Source: a virus (lineage: Duplodnaviria; Caudoviricetes). From it: a stretch of 57,035 nt of DNA. A model generated the notes under the pieces. The model saw only the letters and a list, made by a program, of their open reading frames with translations, was not told the DNA's origin and did no database searches. The position numbers and the translations under genes were made by a program. Location: the IMG/VR virus record IMGVR_UViG_3300045303_000150, positions 1-57,035 of that record, one strand, 5' to 3'. Positions 27,237 through 36,579 of the stretch are shown one piece after another; the first letter of the stretch is position 1, and every line of letters starts with the position of its first letter.

Positions 27237-28442
27237 ATGGCAGCCACAAGCAGCAGGGCAACCGCTAAGCCCGCCGCGACGACAGATGAGAAGGGGGGCC
27301 CGGTGGCCGCTGAGATCCCGGTCGCTGGGCCCTCCGGCAACCCGACGATGGAGGCCCTGAAGGGCATGATCACCGGGATGCAGGCCGCGATGAAGGCCAA
27401 GACCGACGACCAGTTCAACACCGTGAAGAAGACCGTCGAAGGTCTCGCCGCGACCGTCGACGACCTGGCCGCCACCGTGGTCGAGCTGAGCAACGGCTCA
27501 GGTGCCGGTGCGGTCATGGAGGAAGACGCGCTGAGTGACCGGATCGAAGGCCTGGTCATCCAGCACGTGCGGGCTCCCCTGGAAAGCATCCTGGAGCAGA
27601 CGCGCGCCGAGACCAAGGTGGTCCTGGAGTCCGCCACCGCCCTGGCGCAGTCCGGCATGCAGGCCACCCAGCTGGCGTCCGCCGTGATTCCTGGCAAGCG
27701 CATCCTCTCCGCGATCCGCGAGGTTATGCGGGCCGTCACCTACGTGCCCAAGGCCGGTGACTACGAGGGCGGCAAGAGCGGCAACTACAAGTTCCGCAAG
27801 TTCGATGACACGGCGGCCGCGATCGGCAAGGCGTTCCGCGACCACGGCGTCTTCATGCAGACGTTCACCAAGGACCGCACGATCGAGAGCTACGACAAGC
27901 CTTTCGCTAACGGTGGCAGCGCTCGCTGGACGGACGTGTATGTCGAAGTCCAGTTCGTCCTGACCAGCCTCGAAGACGGCTCGACCCTGACAATGGAGTC
28001 CTACGGCCAGGGCAAGGACAACAGCGACAAGGCCACCGCGAAGGCCATGACGATGGCCCTCAAGACCGCGCTCACCCAGGCATTCATGATCCCGACCGAT
28101 GAACCGGACCCGGACAGCGAGCGCCCCGGCGATCGCGACGACTACGGGCCGCCGGTCGGATCCGGCCAGCGCGCGCCGGAGCGCCAGCAGGAGCAGCCTC
28201 CTGCCCCGCAGCAGAGCCAGCAGGCGCAGCGCCAGGCCAGCCCCAAGGGCACTCCGGAGCAGCGCGCACAGGAAGGGCTCGCCGCCGCGCGGGCCATGGG
28301 CATGACGCGGGCCAAGCTGTCCGGCATCGTCAACTACGCCACCGAACAGGGCCTGGCCGATGTGCCGGTCACCAGCGCTGGCACCACCCAGCCCCTGCGC
28401 TTGTGGCTGCTGGCGATCCGGTCTGAATTGCCGGAGGACTGA
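27237..28442 (+). CDS. ERF-family ssDNA annealing protein with long N-terminal extension
   Basis: YKFR, G.G.D..DKA..KAMT.A.K.AL...F.IPT...DPD signature. Confidence 0.85.
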   Translation: MAATSSRATAKPAATTDEKGGPVAAEIPVAGPSGNPTMEALKGMITGMQAAMKAKTDDQFNTVKKTVEGLAATVDDLAATVVELSNGSGAGAVMEEDALSDRIEGLVIQHVRAPLESILEQTRAETKVVLESATALAQSGMQATQLASAVIPGKRILSAIREVMRAVTYVPKAGDYEGGKSGNYKFRKFDDTAAAIGKAFRDHGVFMQTFTKDRTIESYDKPFANGGSARWTDVYVEVQFVLTSLEDGSTLTMESYGQGKDNSDKATAKAMTMALKTALTQAFMIPTDEPDPDSERPGDRDDYGPPVGSGQRAPERQQEQPPAPQQSQQAQRQASPKGTPEQRAQEGLAAARAMGMTRAKLSGIVNYATEQGLADVPVTSAGTTQPLRLWLLAIRSELPED

Positions 28443-29260
28443 TGGCCGACGAAGCGGAGATGCGGTCAGAGGATCAGTGGATCGCGGAAGCTGACCGCCG
28501 TGCGCAGGAGCCCACCGGATCCGAGTGGGACGATGCCCGCGAGGAACACAACGAAGCGCTGACGGCCGCCGACATCGCGGCCGCCAACTTCGAGCGGGCA
28601 CGTTCGATGAAGCGCAAGGACCCGCAGCATGCGGACTGTCCTGGGCGCGCGGAGTTCGACCCGGAGATGGGCGTGGTTTGCTACTGCGGAACGGTTCTCG
28701 GCTTCCCGCCGAACTCCATTTCCATGGACCTCGTGATGCCGCTCTCGCAGACCACGGCGGACGCGGAGCGCGCTCAGCCGGTGGTCGTTCAGGACGAGCT
28801 TCGTAACGTGACCTCGGTGACCGGCCTGGCGTCGGCCGTCCATCCGGCGGACCCGATCCTGGCATCCGTCGACGTGATCGACCCGACCTTGCCGTACGAC
28901 TCGAAGATGGTCGAAGAGCACCTTCTGGACGCGATGGCCCGGATCGAACGCGGCGCGCACTACGAGCGGTTCTGCGCTGAGGACTACGCGGACAAGGTGC
29001 TCAAGTACGAAGCCGCGCACGCGCGCGCTCTGCTCGAAGCGGCGAACCACGGCGGCGCGGCGGACATCCGTGCCGCCCGTGCCGCCGTCACCTGCGAGAC
29101 GGAGTTCATCCAGCGCATGATCGCGAAGATGAAGCTGGACGCGGTGAAGGCGAACATGCATTCGCTGCGCTCCATCATGTCCGGTTACCAGTCCGTCGCC
29201 AGCTCGATCCGTGCAGCGTATTCCGGTGGCGGTTCCAACGGCTCCAAGCCGAATTTCTGA
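28442..29260 (+). CDS. hypothetical protein with helical C-terminus (recombination module)
   Basis: TGATG coupling to ERF; coiled-coil tail ending ..LRS......QSV..SIRAAY. Confidence 0.75.
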   Translation: MADEAEMRSEDQWIAEADRRAQEPTGSEWDDAREEHNEALTAADIAAANFERARSMKRKDPQHADCPGRAEFDPEMGVVCYCGTVLGFPPNSISMDLVMPLSQTTADAERAQPVVVQDELRNVTSVTGLASAVHPADPILASVDVIDPTLPYDSKMVEEHLLDAMARIERGAHYERFCAEDYADKVLKYEAAHARALLEAANHGGAADIRAARAAVTCETEFIQRMIAKMKLDAVKANMHSLRSIMSGYQSVASSIRAAYSGGGSNGSKPNF

Positions 29261-29269
29261 GAGGGAGAC

Positions 29270-29443
29270 ATGGAGAAGACGATCAAGGTCTTGAGGGCGC
29301 TCAACCTGGCGGTGGCCATCGCGTACTTCGCGGTCAGCTTCCGGCAGACCTGGCAGGAGCTTCAGGACCAGAAGGCCCTGCGCGAGGCTCAGGCCGCCCA
29401 CGAGCAGGCCGCGAAGCGCGAATACGACAGGGGTGTCCGCTGA
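29270..29443 (+). CDS. small membrane protein (57 aa)
   Basis: GAGGGAG RBS; one hydrophobic helix; TGATG coupling to ssb. Confidence 0.65.
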   Translation: MEKTIKVLRALNLAVAIAYFAVSFRQTWQELQDQKALREAQAAHEQAAKREYDRGVR

Positions 29444-29922
29444 TGGCTGGCGAGACTGTGATCACGGTCGTCGGCAACCTGACCGCCGATCCCGAGCTGA
29501 GGTTCACGCCGTCCGGCGCGGCCGTCGCGAACTTCACCGTGGCGAGCACGCCGCGCACGAAGAACAACCAGACCGGCGAGTGGGAGGACGGCGAGGCGCT
29601 GTTCCTGCGCTGCAACGCCTGGCGGCAGATGGCGGAGAACGTGGCCGAGTCGCTGTTCCGGGGCTCGCGCGTGATGGTTCAGGGGCGGCTGAAGCAGCGC
29701 TCCTACGAGAAGGACGGCCAGAAGCGCAGCGTGATTGAGCTGGAGGTGGATGAGGTCGGTCCTTCGCTCAAGTGGGCGTCCGCCAAGGTCAACCGTGTCG
29801 AGCGCGGTGGCGGCCAGCAGGCACGCGGGTCCGCGCCGGAATCCGACCCGTGGGGTAGCGCACCGGCCAGCCGTCCGTCGGGCGGCTACGGCGGTAGCTT
29901 CGCGGACGAACCGCCGTTCTGA
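29443..29922 (+). CDS. ssb: single-stranded DNA-binding protein
   Basis: [32 protein letters not shown] ... DEPPF, actinobacterial SSB signature. Confidence 0.97.
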   Translation: MAGETVITVVGNLTADPELRFTPSGAAVANFTVASTPRTKNNQTGEWEDGEALFLRCNAWRQMAENVAESLFRGSRVMVQGRLKQRSYEKDGQKRSVIELEVDEVGPSLKWASAKVNRVERGGGQQARGSAPESDPWGSAPASRPSGGYGGSFADEPPF

Positions 29923-29959
29923 TGAGGGATTCCGCGCACCCCCGATAGTGCGCGGATAG

Positions 29960-29998
29960 ACAAGGGCACCGGGACGACACGTCACCCGGTGCCCTTGT
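29960..29998 (+). terminator. hairpin terminator
   Basis: ACAAGGGCACCGGG / CCCGGTGCCCTTGT. Confidence 0.7.
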
Positions 29999-30062
29999 TG
30001 CGTTCCCCCACAAAGGGGGGTAAAGTCTGGATCACCAACGGGAACGACAGAAGGAGGCCCCG
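29998..30062 (+). promoter_or_regulatory. palindromic-spacer promoter cassette
   Basis: TTGCGT-17-TAAAGT, CCCCCACAAAGGGGGG; GGAACGAC 30041; AAGGAGG. Confidence 0.8.
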
Positions 30063-30311
30063 GTGAATCTGGTCGAGAAGTTCGATATCACGCTCAAGCC
30101 TGTGCCCGAAGTGGACAACCAGGGCGAGCACTGCGACCAGTGCCAGAAGCTGGGCGCGCTGATCGCGGCCCAGATCTACTACCACGACGCGCAGACCGGC
30201 GAACACAGCATGGTGGACTGCTGCCTGGATTGCCTGGTCGAGACCGTGCGCGACGCCGCCCGCAAGACAAACCGGCCCCTCGTGGTCGAGATCGGAGAGA
30301 AGAGCCTGTGA
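30063..30311 (+). CDS. small Cys-rich protein
   Basis: CxxC and CCxxC; RBS. Confidence 0.75.
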   Translation: MNLVEKFDITLKPVPEVDNQGEHCDQCQKLGALIAAQIYYHDAQTGEHSMVDCCLDCLVETVRDAARKTNRPLVVEIGEKSL

Positions 30312-30601
30312 ACGAGCTGACCACCAAGGAGCTGGAGGAGCACCACGGCCAGGAGCAAGCCGCCCTGCTGGCGATCCAGCAGGGCCTGAACTGGATGCAG
30401 GCCAACGGGTACGGCGACGTGCTCACCGGCAACCAGCTCCGCGCGCTCGCAGTGGGTCTCTACAGCATGATGCTGCCCCCGATGAAGTTCGCCATCACAG
30501 CCGAGATCGGTGACGGCCTGAGCGAGAAGTTCCCTGAGATTGGCGCTGCGATCGGCGCGATCTACCAGTCAGGACTGGAGGAGCTGCACCGTGCCGGGTA
30601 A
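30308..30601 (+). CDS. hypothetical protein
   Basis: GTGA overlap. Confidence 0.7.
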   Translation: MNELTTKELEEHHGQEQAALLAIQQGLNWMQANGYGDVLTGNQLRALAVGLYSMMLPPMKFAITAEIGDGLSEKFPEIGAAIGAIYQSGLEELHRAG

Positions 30602-30611
30602 GGAGCTGGAG

Positions 30612-31298
30612 ATGCTGCCCGCCGTCCGGAACCTCCCGAGTCCGGCGGACTTCGCGAAAGCGCTGCGCGAGTGGCTGGAAAGCCAGATCGTGGCCGTCCG
30701 GTCTGAGCGCGGCGACGTGACGGCGGCCGAAGACACCTACGCCCTGGTGCGCTCCCTGCAGGGCGCACGGGAGGCGTTCGCGGACTACTCGCGGGCGTTC
30801 GCCAAGGTGGCCGGTATCGCGGCGCAGGAGATCGAGAACGAGCTTCTGGAGGCCGTGGGCGACAACGACGGAATCCCGATGGCCTCGCTCAACGTGCCGG
30901 ACACGGACGGCACCACCATCAAGCTGGGCCGCAACATGCCCAACGCGCACACGATCGACGTGGATCCGATCTTCGGTGCGCTGGCCCTCTACCTGCTCAA
31001 CACGACCGAGATTCAGCAGGACGTGCTGAACGCGGCGACTAGCGTGCTGCTCTCGGAAGACTTGATCCCAACGGCGCGCGCCGACTTCGGTGACGTGCTC
31101 AGCCGCATGATGATTGTGGCCATGGAGGAGATCTTGAAGGTCGGATCTTTCTCCCCGCAGATCAGCAAGGTGAAGGCGCTGGCAACCCAGCTCGCCGGAC
31201 TCGGCCAGGACGACCTGGCCGCCACGGTGTCACACGCCGTGCGCACCAAGAAGGAATACAAGGGCGTCACCATCACAAGGGAGCAGCCGAAGAAATGA
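30612..31298 (+). CDS. hypothetical protein
   Basis: AAGGAG RBS before ATG 30612 (alternative GTG 30591). Confidence 0.75.
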   Translation: MLPAVRNLPSPADFAKALREWLESQIVAVRSERGDVTAAEDTYALVRSLQGAREAFADYSRAFAKVAGIAAQEIENELLEAVGDNDGIPMASLNVPDTDGTTIKLGRNMPNAHTIDVDPIFGALALYLLNTTEIQQDVLNAATSVLLSEDLIPTARADFGDVLSRMMIVAMEEILKVGSFSPQISKVKALATQLAGLGQDDLAATVSHAVRTKKEYKGVTITREQPKK

Positions 31299-31408
31299 TC
31301 GAAATTGGGGATAACCTGGCGTTCGTGTCGGCCTGGGTGGCAATGCTGGTGATCATCGCTACCACCGTGATCGCCCTGGCAGCCATCCTGAGGGACCGCG
31401 ATGAGTGA
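31295..31408 (+). CDS. tiny membrane protein (37 aa)
   Basis: ATGA overlap; single hydrophobic helix. Confidence 0.5.
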   Translation: MIEIGDNLAFVSAWVAMLVIIATTVIALAAILRDRDE

Positions 31409-31940
31409 GCGCGAGGCGAAAGCTATCACCCATCTGGTCCGGGCGAAGCAGCTGCTGGCCGATCTCGACCGCGACGCGCGTGGTACGAACGTGGACCTGG
31501 TCCGCGCGGGCGTCAAGCACGAGGTCTCAGCGGCCCTGGAGGCCCTCCAGTCGGGCGTGACGGGTAATCGGGACGGGAAGGTGCGCAAGAACGCCGCCAC
31601 GACCAGCAGGGGCGCGGCGAAGCGCATCAAGGTGAAGTCCGGTACCCAGCGCGCCCGCGTACTGCTGGCCATCGCGGGCAACTCCCACCGGTTCGGCGCG
31701 ACCGACTACGAGCTGTGCCGCGAGCTGGGCATCAAAGCGTCCTCACTCCGGCCACGGCGCGGCGAGCTGGTGGACGAGGGCTACGTGACGGCGGGTGAGC
31801 TGGTCAAGAGCCGTGAGCACGAGGGCAGCGACTGGACCGTCTGGACCGTGACGGCTTCAGGGCAGGCGCTGGCGTACTCGCTGGCGCGCGAGGCTCGCCC
31901 AGCCCCGCCGCCACCCGGCGAACAGCTGTCCCTGGCATGA
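31401..31940 (+). CDS. winged-helix DNA-binding protein
   Basis: TS..AA, Q...VL, GATD.EL...LG....S.RPRR.EL...G.V motif. Confidence 0.75.
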   Translation: MSEREAKAITHLVRAKQLLADLDRDARGTNVDLVRAGVKHEVSAALEALQSGVTGNRDGKVRKNAATTSRGAAKRIKVKSGTQRARVLLAIAGNSHRFGATDYELCRELGIKASSLRPRRGELVDEGYVTAGELVKSREHEGSDWTVWTVTASGQALAYSLAREARPAPPPPGEQLSLA

Positions 31941-31978
31941 GTACGGCCCGTCACGATCTTGCCGTGACGGGCCGTACT
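31940..31978 (+). terminator. 16-bp perfect hairpin, first of four tandem hairpins
   Basis: AGTACGGCCCGTCACG / CGTGACGGGCCGTACT. Confidence 0.65.
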
Positions 31979-32078
31979 AAGCTTCGGGGGTCTTCCCCCA
32001 GCGGACCCGACCGCTGGCTTCTTTCCACCCTGGTCGCCACGCGGCGACCTGTTCGAACCAACGCAAGGAGACTACCCC

Positions 32079-32537
32079 ATGCATCCGGAGCTGGACGAGT
32101 GGTACCCGCCGATCGTGGCCCAGTTGCCCATGAACATTCTGAAGTGGAACATCGCAAGTTCGCGTCCGCAGGGAATTGGATTGCGCGCCAGGAAAACGAA
32201 ACTGCGGGTAGCCAATACTTCCCGCCTGGTTCCTGAACTTTCGGCGTACCAGCCGCGTCGCCCTGACGTTGTTATTGACTGGCCCCTTCCGGACTATCTC
32301 AGCTTTGACCTTAGCGGGACGTTTGTATACATGCTTGAGGACCGCAACGGTAGGCCTTGCTACGTCGGCAAGACGTGCGCTCTTTCGTCGCGCATTGGCC
32401 AGCATTCGGTTAATAAAGAATTCGTTCGTACTGTTGCTTGGCGTGTTCGCAGGGGAGAACGCGACTTGGATCTGGAATCCATTCTGGACGGAATTTTCGA
32501 GCCGTACCTTTTGAGTGACGGAAGGGTGCGCGCATGA
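32079..32537 (+). CDS. GIY-YIG nuclease-domain protein
   Basis: FVYML....G...YVGKT..L..RI.QH; AAGGAG RBS; low GC. Confidence 0.65.
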   Translation: MHPELDEWYPPIVAQLPMNILKWNIASSRPQGIGLRARKTKLRVANTSRLVPELSAYQPRRPDVVIDWPLPDYLSFDLSGTFVYMLEDRNGRPCYVGKTCALSSRIGQHSVNKEFVRTVAWRVRRGERDLDLESILDGIFEPYLLSDGRVRA

Positions 32538-33436
32538 GCATTGAGATCATGTCCATGGTCTGGAAGACCGACGTGGGCCCGGCAACCCATAGACTCGTGC
32601 TGCTTGCTCTCGCGGATGCGGCCAATGACGAGGGCGTGTGCTGGCCGTCTATGGCGGTAGTGGCCATGAAGGCGGGATGCGGGCTGAGCACGGCTCGCAA
32701 GGCAGTCGCCGAACTGGAAGCGGACAACCTGCTCATCCGCCAGCTTCGTCCAGTGTCAGGTAAGCGAAACCAGAGCAACGTCTACCAGCTCAACGTGTCC
32801 GCGCTTGAGGCCCGGAAGAGTGCCGCTCAAATCGAGCGGGAGTCAAAGAAGACCGCCGCTCCCCCTCAGTCTGAGCGGGACTCCCCCTCAGATCTGGCGG
32901 CAACTCCCGCTCAGACTGAGGGGCGGAATCATAAAGAAGAACCACCAAGTGAACCCAATCCCTCCGGGGGGAGCGCTGACGCGCCCGCCCTCTTCGAAGA
33001 TCCTTCGCTTCCTGATCAAGAGCCGGAAGACAAAGAAGCAGGGACCGAGGATGGTGACCGCCATGCCGCGCCGCCGGTCTCCGCGAATGTGGTCGTAGCC
33101 GCCTACGTGGACAGCTTCCGCGTGCAGGCGAGGGGCAAGGACCCCATCGGCCGCTACATTGCCCAGGTGGGCCGTGAGGCCAAGAAGCTGCTGGAGCAGG
33201 GCGCGACCTCGGACGACCTCCTGGCGGCCGCCAAGGCGCTGGGCAGGACCCCGTACGCCTCGCTGGAGCAGCAGTACACCCGCGTCTTGGCAGGCATCCC
33301 CACGGCGGCGCAGAATGGCCGGAGCCGCACGAGCGTCGTCCCGCCGCCGGACGTGCTGGCTGAGCGCAAGGCCTGGTTCGAGCAGCACGCCGAACCCGCC
33401 GCCCCCGTCGTGGATTACGACGGCCCGCAGTTCTGA
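32534..33436 (+). CDS. replication initiator protein (N-terminal HTH)
   Basis: LVLLALAD.AND.G.CWPS...A.K.G....T.R.A...LE, SN.Y.L; upstream of DnaC-like gene. Confidence 0.85.
   Translation: MSIEIMSMVWKTDVGPATHRLVLLALADAANDEGVCWPSMAVVAMKAGCGLSTARKAVAELEADNLLIRQLRPVSGKRNQSNVYQLNVSALEARKSAAQIERESKKTAAPPQSERDSPSDLAATPAQTEGRNHKEEPPSEPNPSGGSADAPALFEDPSLPDQEPEDKEAGTEDGDRHAAPPVSANVVVAAYVDSFRVQARGKDPIGRYIAQVGREAKKLLEQGATSDDLLAAAKALGRTPYASLEQQYTRVLAGIPTAAQNGRSRTSVVPPPDVLAERKAWFEQHAEPAAPVVDYDGPQF
32823..32948. repeat. iteron-like repeats plus A-rich tract (probable replication origin)
   Basis: Four 17-bp quasi-palindromes at 32823, 32862, 32884, 32907, then AATCATAAAGAAGAA. Confidence 0.7.
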
Positions 33437-33460
33437 GAGGAGATCATCTTGACTTCGAGC

Positions 33461-33490
33461 TTGCGCGTACCCCCCATCGGGGGGGATCAT
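33461..33490 (+). promoter_or_regulatory. palindromic-spacer promoter (leaderless type)
   Basis: TTGCGC-18-GATCAT with CCCCCC-ATC-GGGGGG; ATG 6 nt downstream. Confidence 0.55.
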
Positions 33491-33496
33491 TGGGAT

Positions 33497-34141
33497 ATGA
33501 ACGCCAGCAGGGACCTGGAACGACGCGTCGCGCAGATCATGCGGGAACGTGGCCTTCAGCCTGCCACTGACGAACAGATGGCCCAGGCCGACGCCGACGC
33601 CCGCCGCGAATGGAACGAGACCAAGGCCCGGATCATGCTGGGCCGCCTGGACGCGCGCTACCGCGACGCCGTCCCCCGCCACCAGCTCTCGCACAACTGG
33701 CTGGCCGACTTCAGGCTGGGCGACCGCTACGGCCTGGTGATCCTCGGCGAGCCGGGCGTGGGCAAGACGTGGGAGGCCTGCTCCATCGCGCGCGTGCTCC
33801 TGCTCCAGGACAGCGTGCCGGTCTCGGTCGTGCACGCGGGCAATCTGATGGAGGCGCTCAAGCCCAACCGCGACGGCGCGTCCGACCTCGGCCAGTTCCA
33901 GGTCGCGCCCGTCCTCGTGCTGGACGACCTCGGTGCGGAGCGCTCCACTGAGTGGTCGCTCTCTCAGCTGCACCTGCTGGCCGAGTACCGCAACGTCCGG
34001 CGCCTGCCGACGATCATCACCACGAACCTGTCCGGCGCTGAGCTGCGCGAGCGCTACAGCGATCGCACTATTGACCGGTTCGTGGAGGGCTCGAAGCTCT
34101 TGACGATCGTGGGCAAGTCGCACCGCGTCACCCCGATCTGA
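33497..34141 (+). CDS. DnaC/IstB-like helicase loader ATPase
   Basis: Walker A GEPGVGKT, Walker B LVLDDLGAE, PTIITTNL, DR..DR; alternative TTG start 33449. Confidence 0.9.
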   Translation: MNASRDLERRVAQIMRERGLQPATDEQMAQADADARREWNETKARIMLGRLDARYRDAVPRHQLSHNWLADFRLGDRYGLVILGEPGVGKTWEACSIARVLLLQDSVPVSVVHAGNLMEALKPNRDGASDLGQFQVAPVLVLDDLGAERSTEWSLSQLHLLAEYRNVRRLPTIITTNLSGAELRERYSDRTIDRFVEGSKLLTIVGKSHRVTPI

Positions 34142-34142
34142 T

Positions 34143-34228
34143 CCCTGAGGATCACCGAGGGGACCTGCTGGCACGGCTCGAAAGACCGGCCGGTGGGTCC
34201 CCTCTTTCAGGGGGCAAACGTGTACGCT
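34143..34228 (+). promoter_or_regulatory. structured intergenic region and possible -10 before endolysin
   Basis: CCCTGA/TCAGGG and GAGGGGACC/GGTCCCCTC stems; TACGCT 34223. Confidence 0.45.
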
Positions 34229-34251
34229 GGGAGCCGACCAGAGGAGAGAGC

Positions 34252-35277
34252 ATGGCCAACGCTTCAGGCGTGATCTTCGGCGCGGATGTGAGCCATCACC
34301 AGAACTCGCTGCCCCCGCTGGCGCTGTCCAGCCTGAGCTTCCTGATCGCCCGCACCGCACAGGCCAACGGCGGCAAGTACGGCACCACGAAAGACAAGAT
34401 GTACGGGACCCACAAGGCGGCCGCGATCCGTGCGGGCGTCCTGTTCTCCGCGTACTTCTACATCGGCGTGGGCCTCACGCCTCAGCAGAACGTGGACCTT
34501 CACGCCTCCATCGAGCCGGACCGCAGTATCCCGGTGATGCTGGACTGGGAGGAAGGCTCCGGCGACGGCGCTTTCCTGCGGGCCGTCCATCGCGCCTTCG
34601 TCGCCGCCGGGTACCGCGTCTGGGGCAGCTACGCGCCGAACTGGTACTGGAAGGCTCAGGGCCAGCCCAACCTGGCAGGCCTGCCGCCGATCGTGTCCAG
34701 CCGTTACCCGAACATGGTGCCGGGCCCGCTGGCGAGCGAGTGGGCGGAGACGCCGGAAAGCTTCTGGAGCGGCTACGGCGGCAACACCGTGCTGATGATC
34801 CAGTTCACCAGCTCTGGCCGGATCAACGGCTACAACGGCAACCTCGACCTGAACGCGTTCCGTGGCACGCGGGCCCAGCTCGCACAGCTCTGGTACGGCG
34901 CTGGCCAGCCGGTGGTCGAACCCGAACACGAAGGAGATGACGAAGTGTCCCTGATCGCAACCATCGACATGATCGCCAGCGGCGACAAGCGGACCGAGTA
35001 CCTGCGCGAGCTGCCCGGCGGCAAGAACGCCCGGCTGGTCATCCGCGTGCCAGAGATGGACTGGACTACGCACGCGGGCGCGGCCACCGTGTGGCTGGGC
35101 AACGTCATGGTGTTCGGCTCCGGCAACGGCGGCCTGCCCGGCACGGACCCCTACTTCCAGGAGCCGACCGGAGACAAGGCCGTCGACTACGACCGCGTGA
35201 TCCCGATCCCGGACGCGCTGTACGGAAGCCTCGACTACTCCTGCAACCTCCCGTGGAAGCTGGAGATCTGGGGATGA
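34252..35277 (+). CDS. endolysin, GH25 muramidase
   Basis: GADVSHHQ, LDWE, Y...WYW, QFTSSG...G...D.NAF.GT. Confidence 0.85.
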   Translation: MANASGVIFGADVSHHQNSLPPLALSSLSFLIARTAQANGGKYGTTKDKMYGTHKAAAIRAGVLFSAYFYIGVGLTPQQNVDLHASIEPDRSIPVMLDWEEGSGDGAFLRAVHRAFVAAGYRVWGSYAPNWYWKAQGQPNLAGLPPIVSSRYPNMVPGPLASEWAETPESFWSGYGGNTVLMIQFTSSGRINGYNGNLDLNAFRGTRAQLAQLWYGAGQPVVEPEHEGDDEVSLIATIDMIASGDKRTEYLRELPGGKNARLVIRVPEMDWTTHAGAATVWLGNVMVFGSGNGGLPGTDPYFQEPTGDKAVDYDRVIPIPDALYGSLDYSCNLPWKLEIWG

Positions 35278-35450
35278 TCGATTGGGACGAGGTCGCCAAG
35301 GTCGCCTACAGCGCGTACTGCGAGTCGGTGGGCGGCATCGCCTTCAACGGCGACCAGTTGCCGACGTGGGCTGAGCAGAAGGAGCGTTCGCCACGGATCG
35401 CGGGCGCATGGATCGCGGCCGTGAAGGCGGCAGTCGAGGCGGCCACCTGA
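35274..35450 (+). CDS. small hypothetical protein
   Basis: ATGA overlap; AY.AY....GG....G..LP.W......AW motif. Confidence 0.7.
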   Translation: MIDWDEVAKVAYSAYCESVGGIAFNGDQLPTWAEQKERSPRIAGAWIAAVKAAVEAAT

Positions 35451-35451
35451 C

Positions 35452-35874
35452 GTGGACGCGGACTACGTCCTGCATCTCCCGTGGCGTCGGCCACCGATCA
35501 GCGCGAACGATCGGTGGCCGCACTACACGGTGAAGGCGAAGATCGAGAAGGAAGTGAAGCTGGCCGCCTGGGCGCTGGCCCGCCGCGCCAAGGTGCCCGC
35601 GCTGGACGCCATCCTGGTCGAGCTGGTCTGGTACCCCGGCACCAATCGGCGCGTGGACGGCGACAACGCCGCGCCCACCCTGAAGTACCTGATTGACGGA
35701 CTGGTTCAGGCGGGTGTCCTGCCGGACGACAACAGCGAGCGCGTGCTGAGGTCCTCGTGCCGCGCCGTCCTGCGCCGCAACGACCCGTGGAACAAAGCGG
35801 ACCCACGCCTTATTCTCGCGATCACAGACGCGTCCGCGCTGGCCCCGTTGCCGCATTACGCCCCGGAGGAGTGA
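35452..35874 (+). CDS. RusA-like Holliday junction resolvase
   Basis: S.N, R.D.DN...TLK..IDGLV.AGVLPDD. Confidence 0.85.
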   Translation: MDADYVLHLPWRRPPISANDRWPHYTVKAKIEKEVKLAAWALARRAKVPALDAILVELVWYPGTNRRVDGDNAAPTLKYLIDGLVQAGVLPDDNSERVLRSSCRAVLRRNDPWNKADPRLILAITDASALAPLPHYAPEE

Positions 35875-35877
35875 GCG

Positions 35878-36570
35878 TTGAAGGTCTACAACGTGCTCAC
35901 GGACCCGGCGGGGCGTCCGCTCCAGCGCCAGACCGCGCGCTTCACGCTTCGAACAGCGGGCAACCCGTTCACGGACATGTCCAGCGAGGTCTTCCAGGCG
36001 TACGCGGAAGACACCAACACGTCCGGGATCTGGATTGCTGACCTGATTCCGAACTCCCAGTACGAAGCTGACGGCACGTACTACCACGTGGACGAGCGGG
36101 ACGGGCTGCGAATCCTTGATGGCCAGTGGGACTTCGTGGTACCGGACGGTCCCAACCCTGGCTCGGTCCCGACTGGCGTACCCGCTGGCGCGTGGTGGGT
36201 GCGCGATCTCCTGGTAATCCCGCCGACGCCCGGCACGCCGTTCCCGCCGGTGCCACCGCACGCGCTCGGTGACCACACGGACGTGGACACCACCGGCGAG
36301 GTCGCTGGCCGCGTGCTCAAGTTCAACGGCACCAAGTGGGTTCCGGCCGTCGACTCCGGCGGTGGCGGATCGGCTGGCTTCGAGCACTTCCAGGACATTC
36401 CCGCGAACGTGACGCACGTGGTCCACAACCTCGGGTACCGGCCAGCCGTTAGCCTGTTCACTGCCGACTGGGCAGGCCAGTTCGACGAGTTCCGCGTGAC
36501 TCACGTGGACGCGAACATCTTCGACGTGACCACGGACACCCTGTTTCGTGGCTGGGTGACAGCAAGTTAG
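35878..36570 (+). CDS. virion structural / minor tail protein
   Basis: L.DP.G.P, G.W...L.PN, F.VP, DV......G.VL.F.G..W, H.Q.......V.HNLG..P.V. Confidence 0.6.
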   Translation: MKVYNVLTDPAGRPLQRQTARFTLRTAGNPFTDMSSEVFQAYAEDTNTSGIWIADLIPNSQYEADGTYYHVDERDGLRILDGQWDFVVPDGPNPGSVPTGVPAGAWWVRDLLVIPPTPGTPFPPVPPHALGDHTDVDTTGEVAGRVLKFNGTKWVPAVDSGGGGSAGFEHFQDIPANVTHVVHNLGYRPAVSLFTADWAGQFDEFRVTHVDANIFDVTTDTLFRGWVTAS

Positions 36571-36579
36571 GAGACGCCC

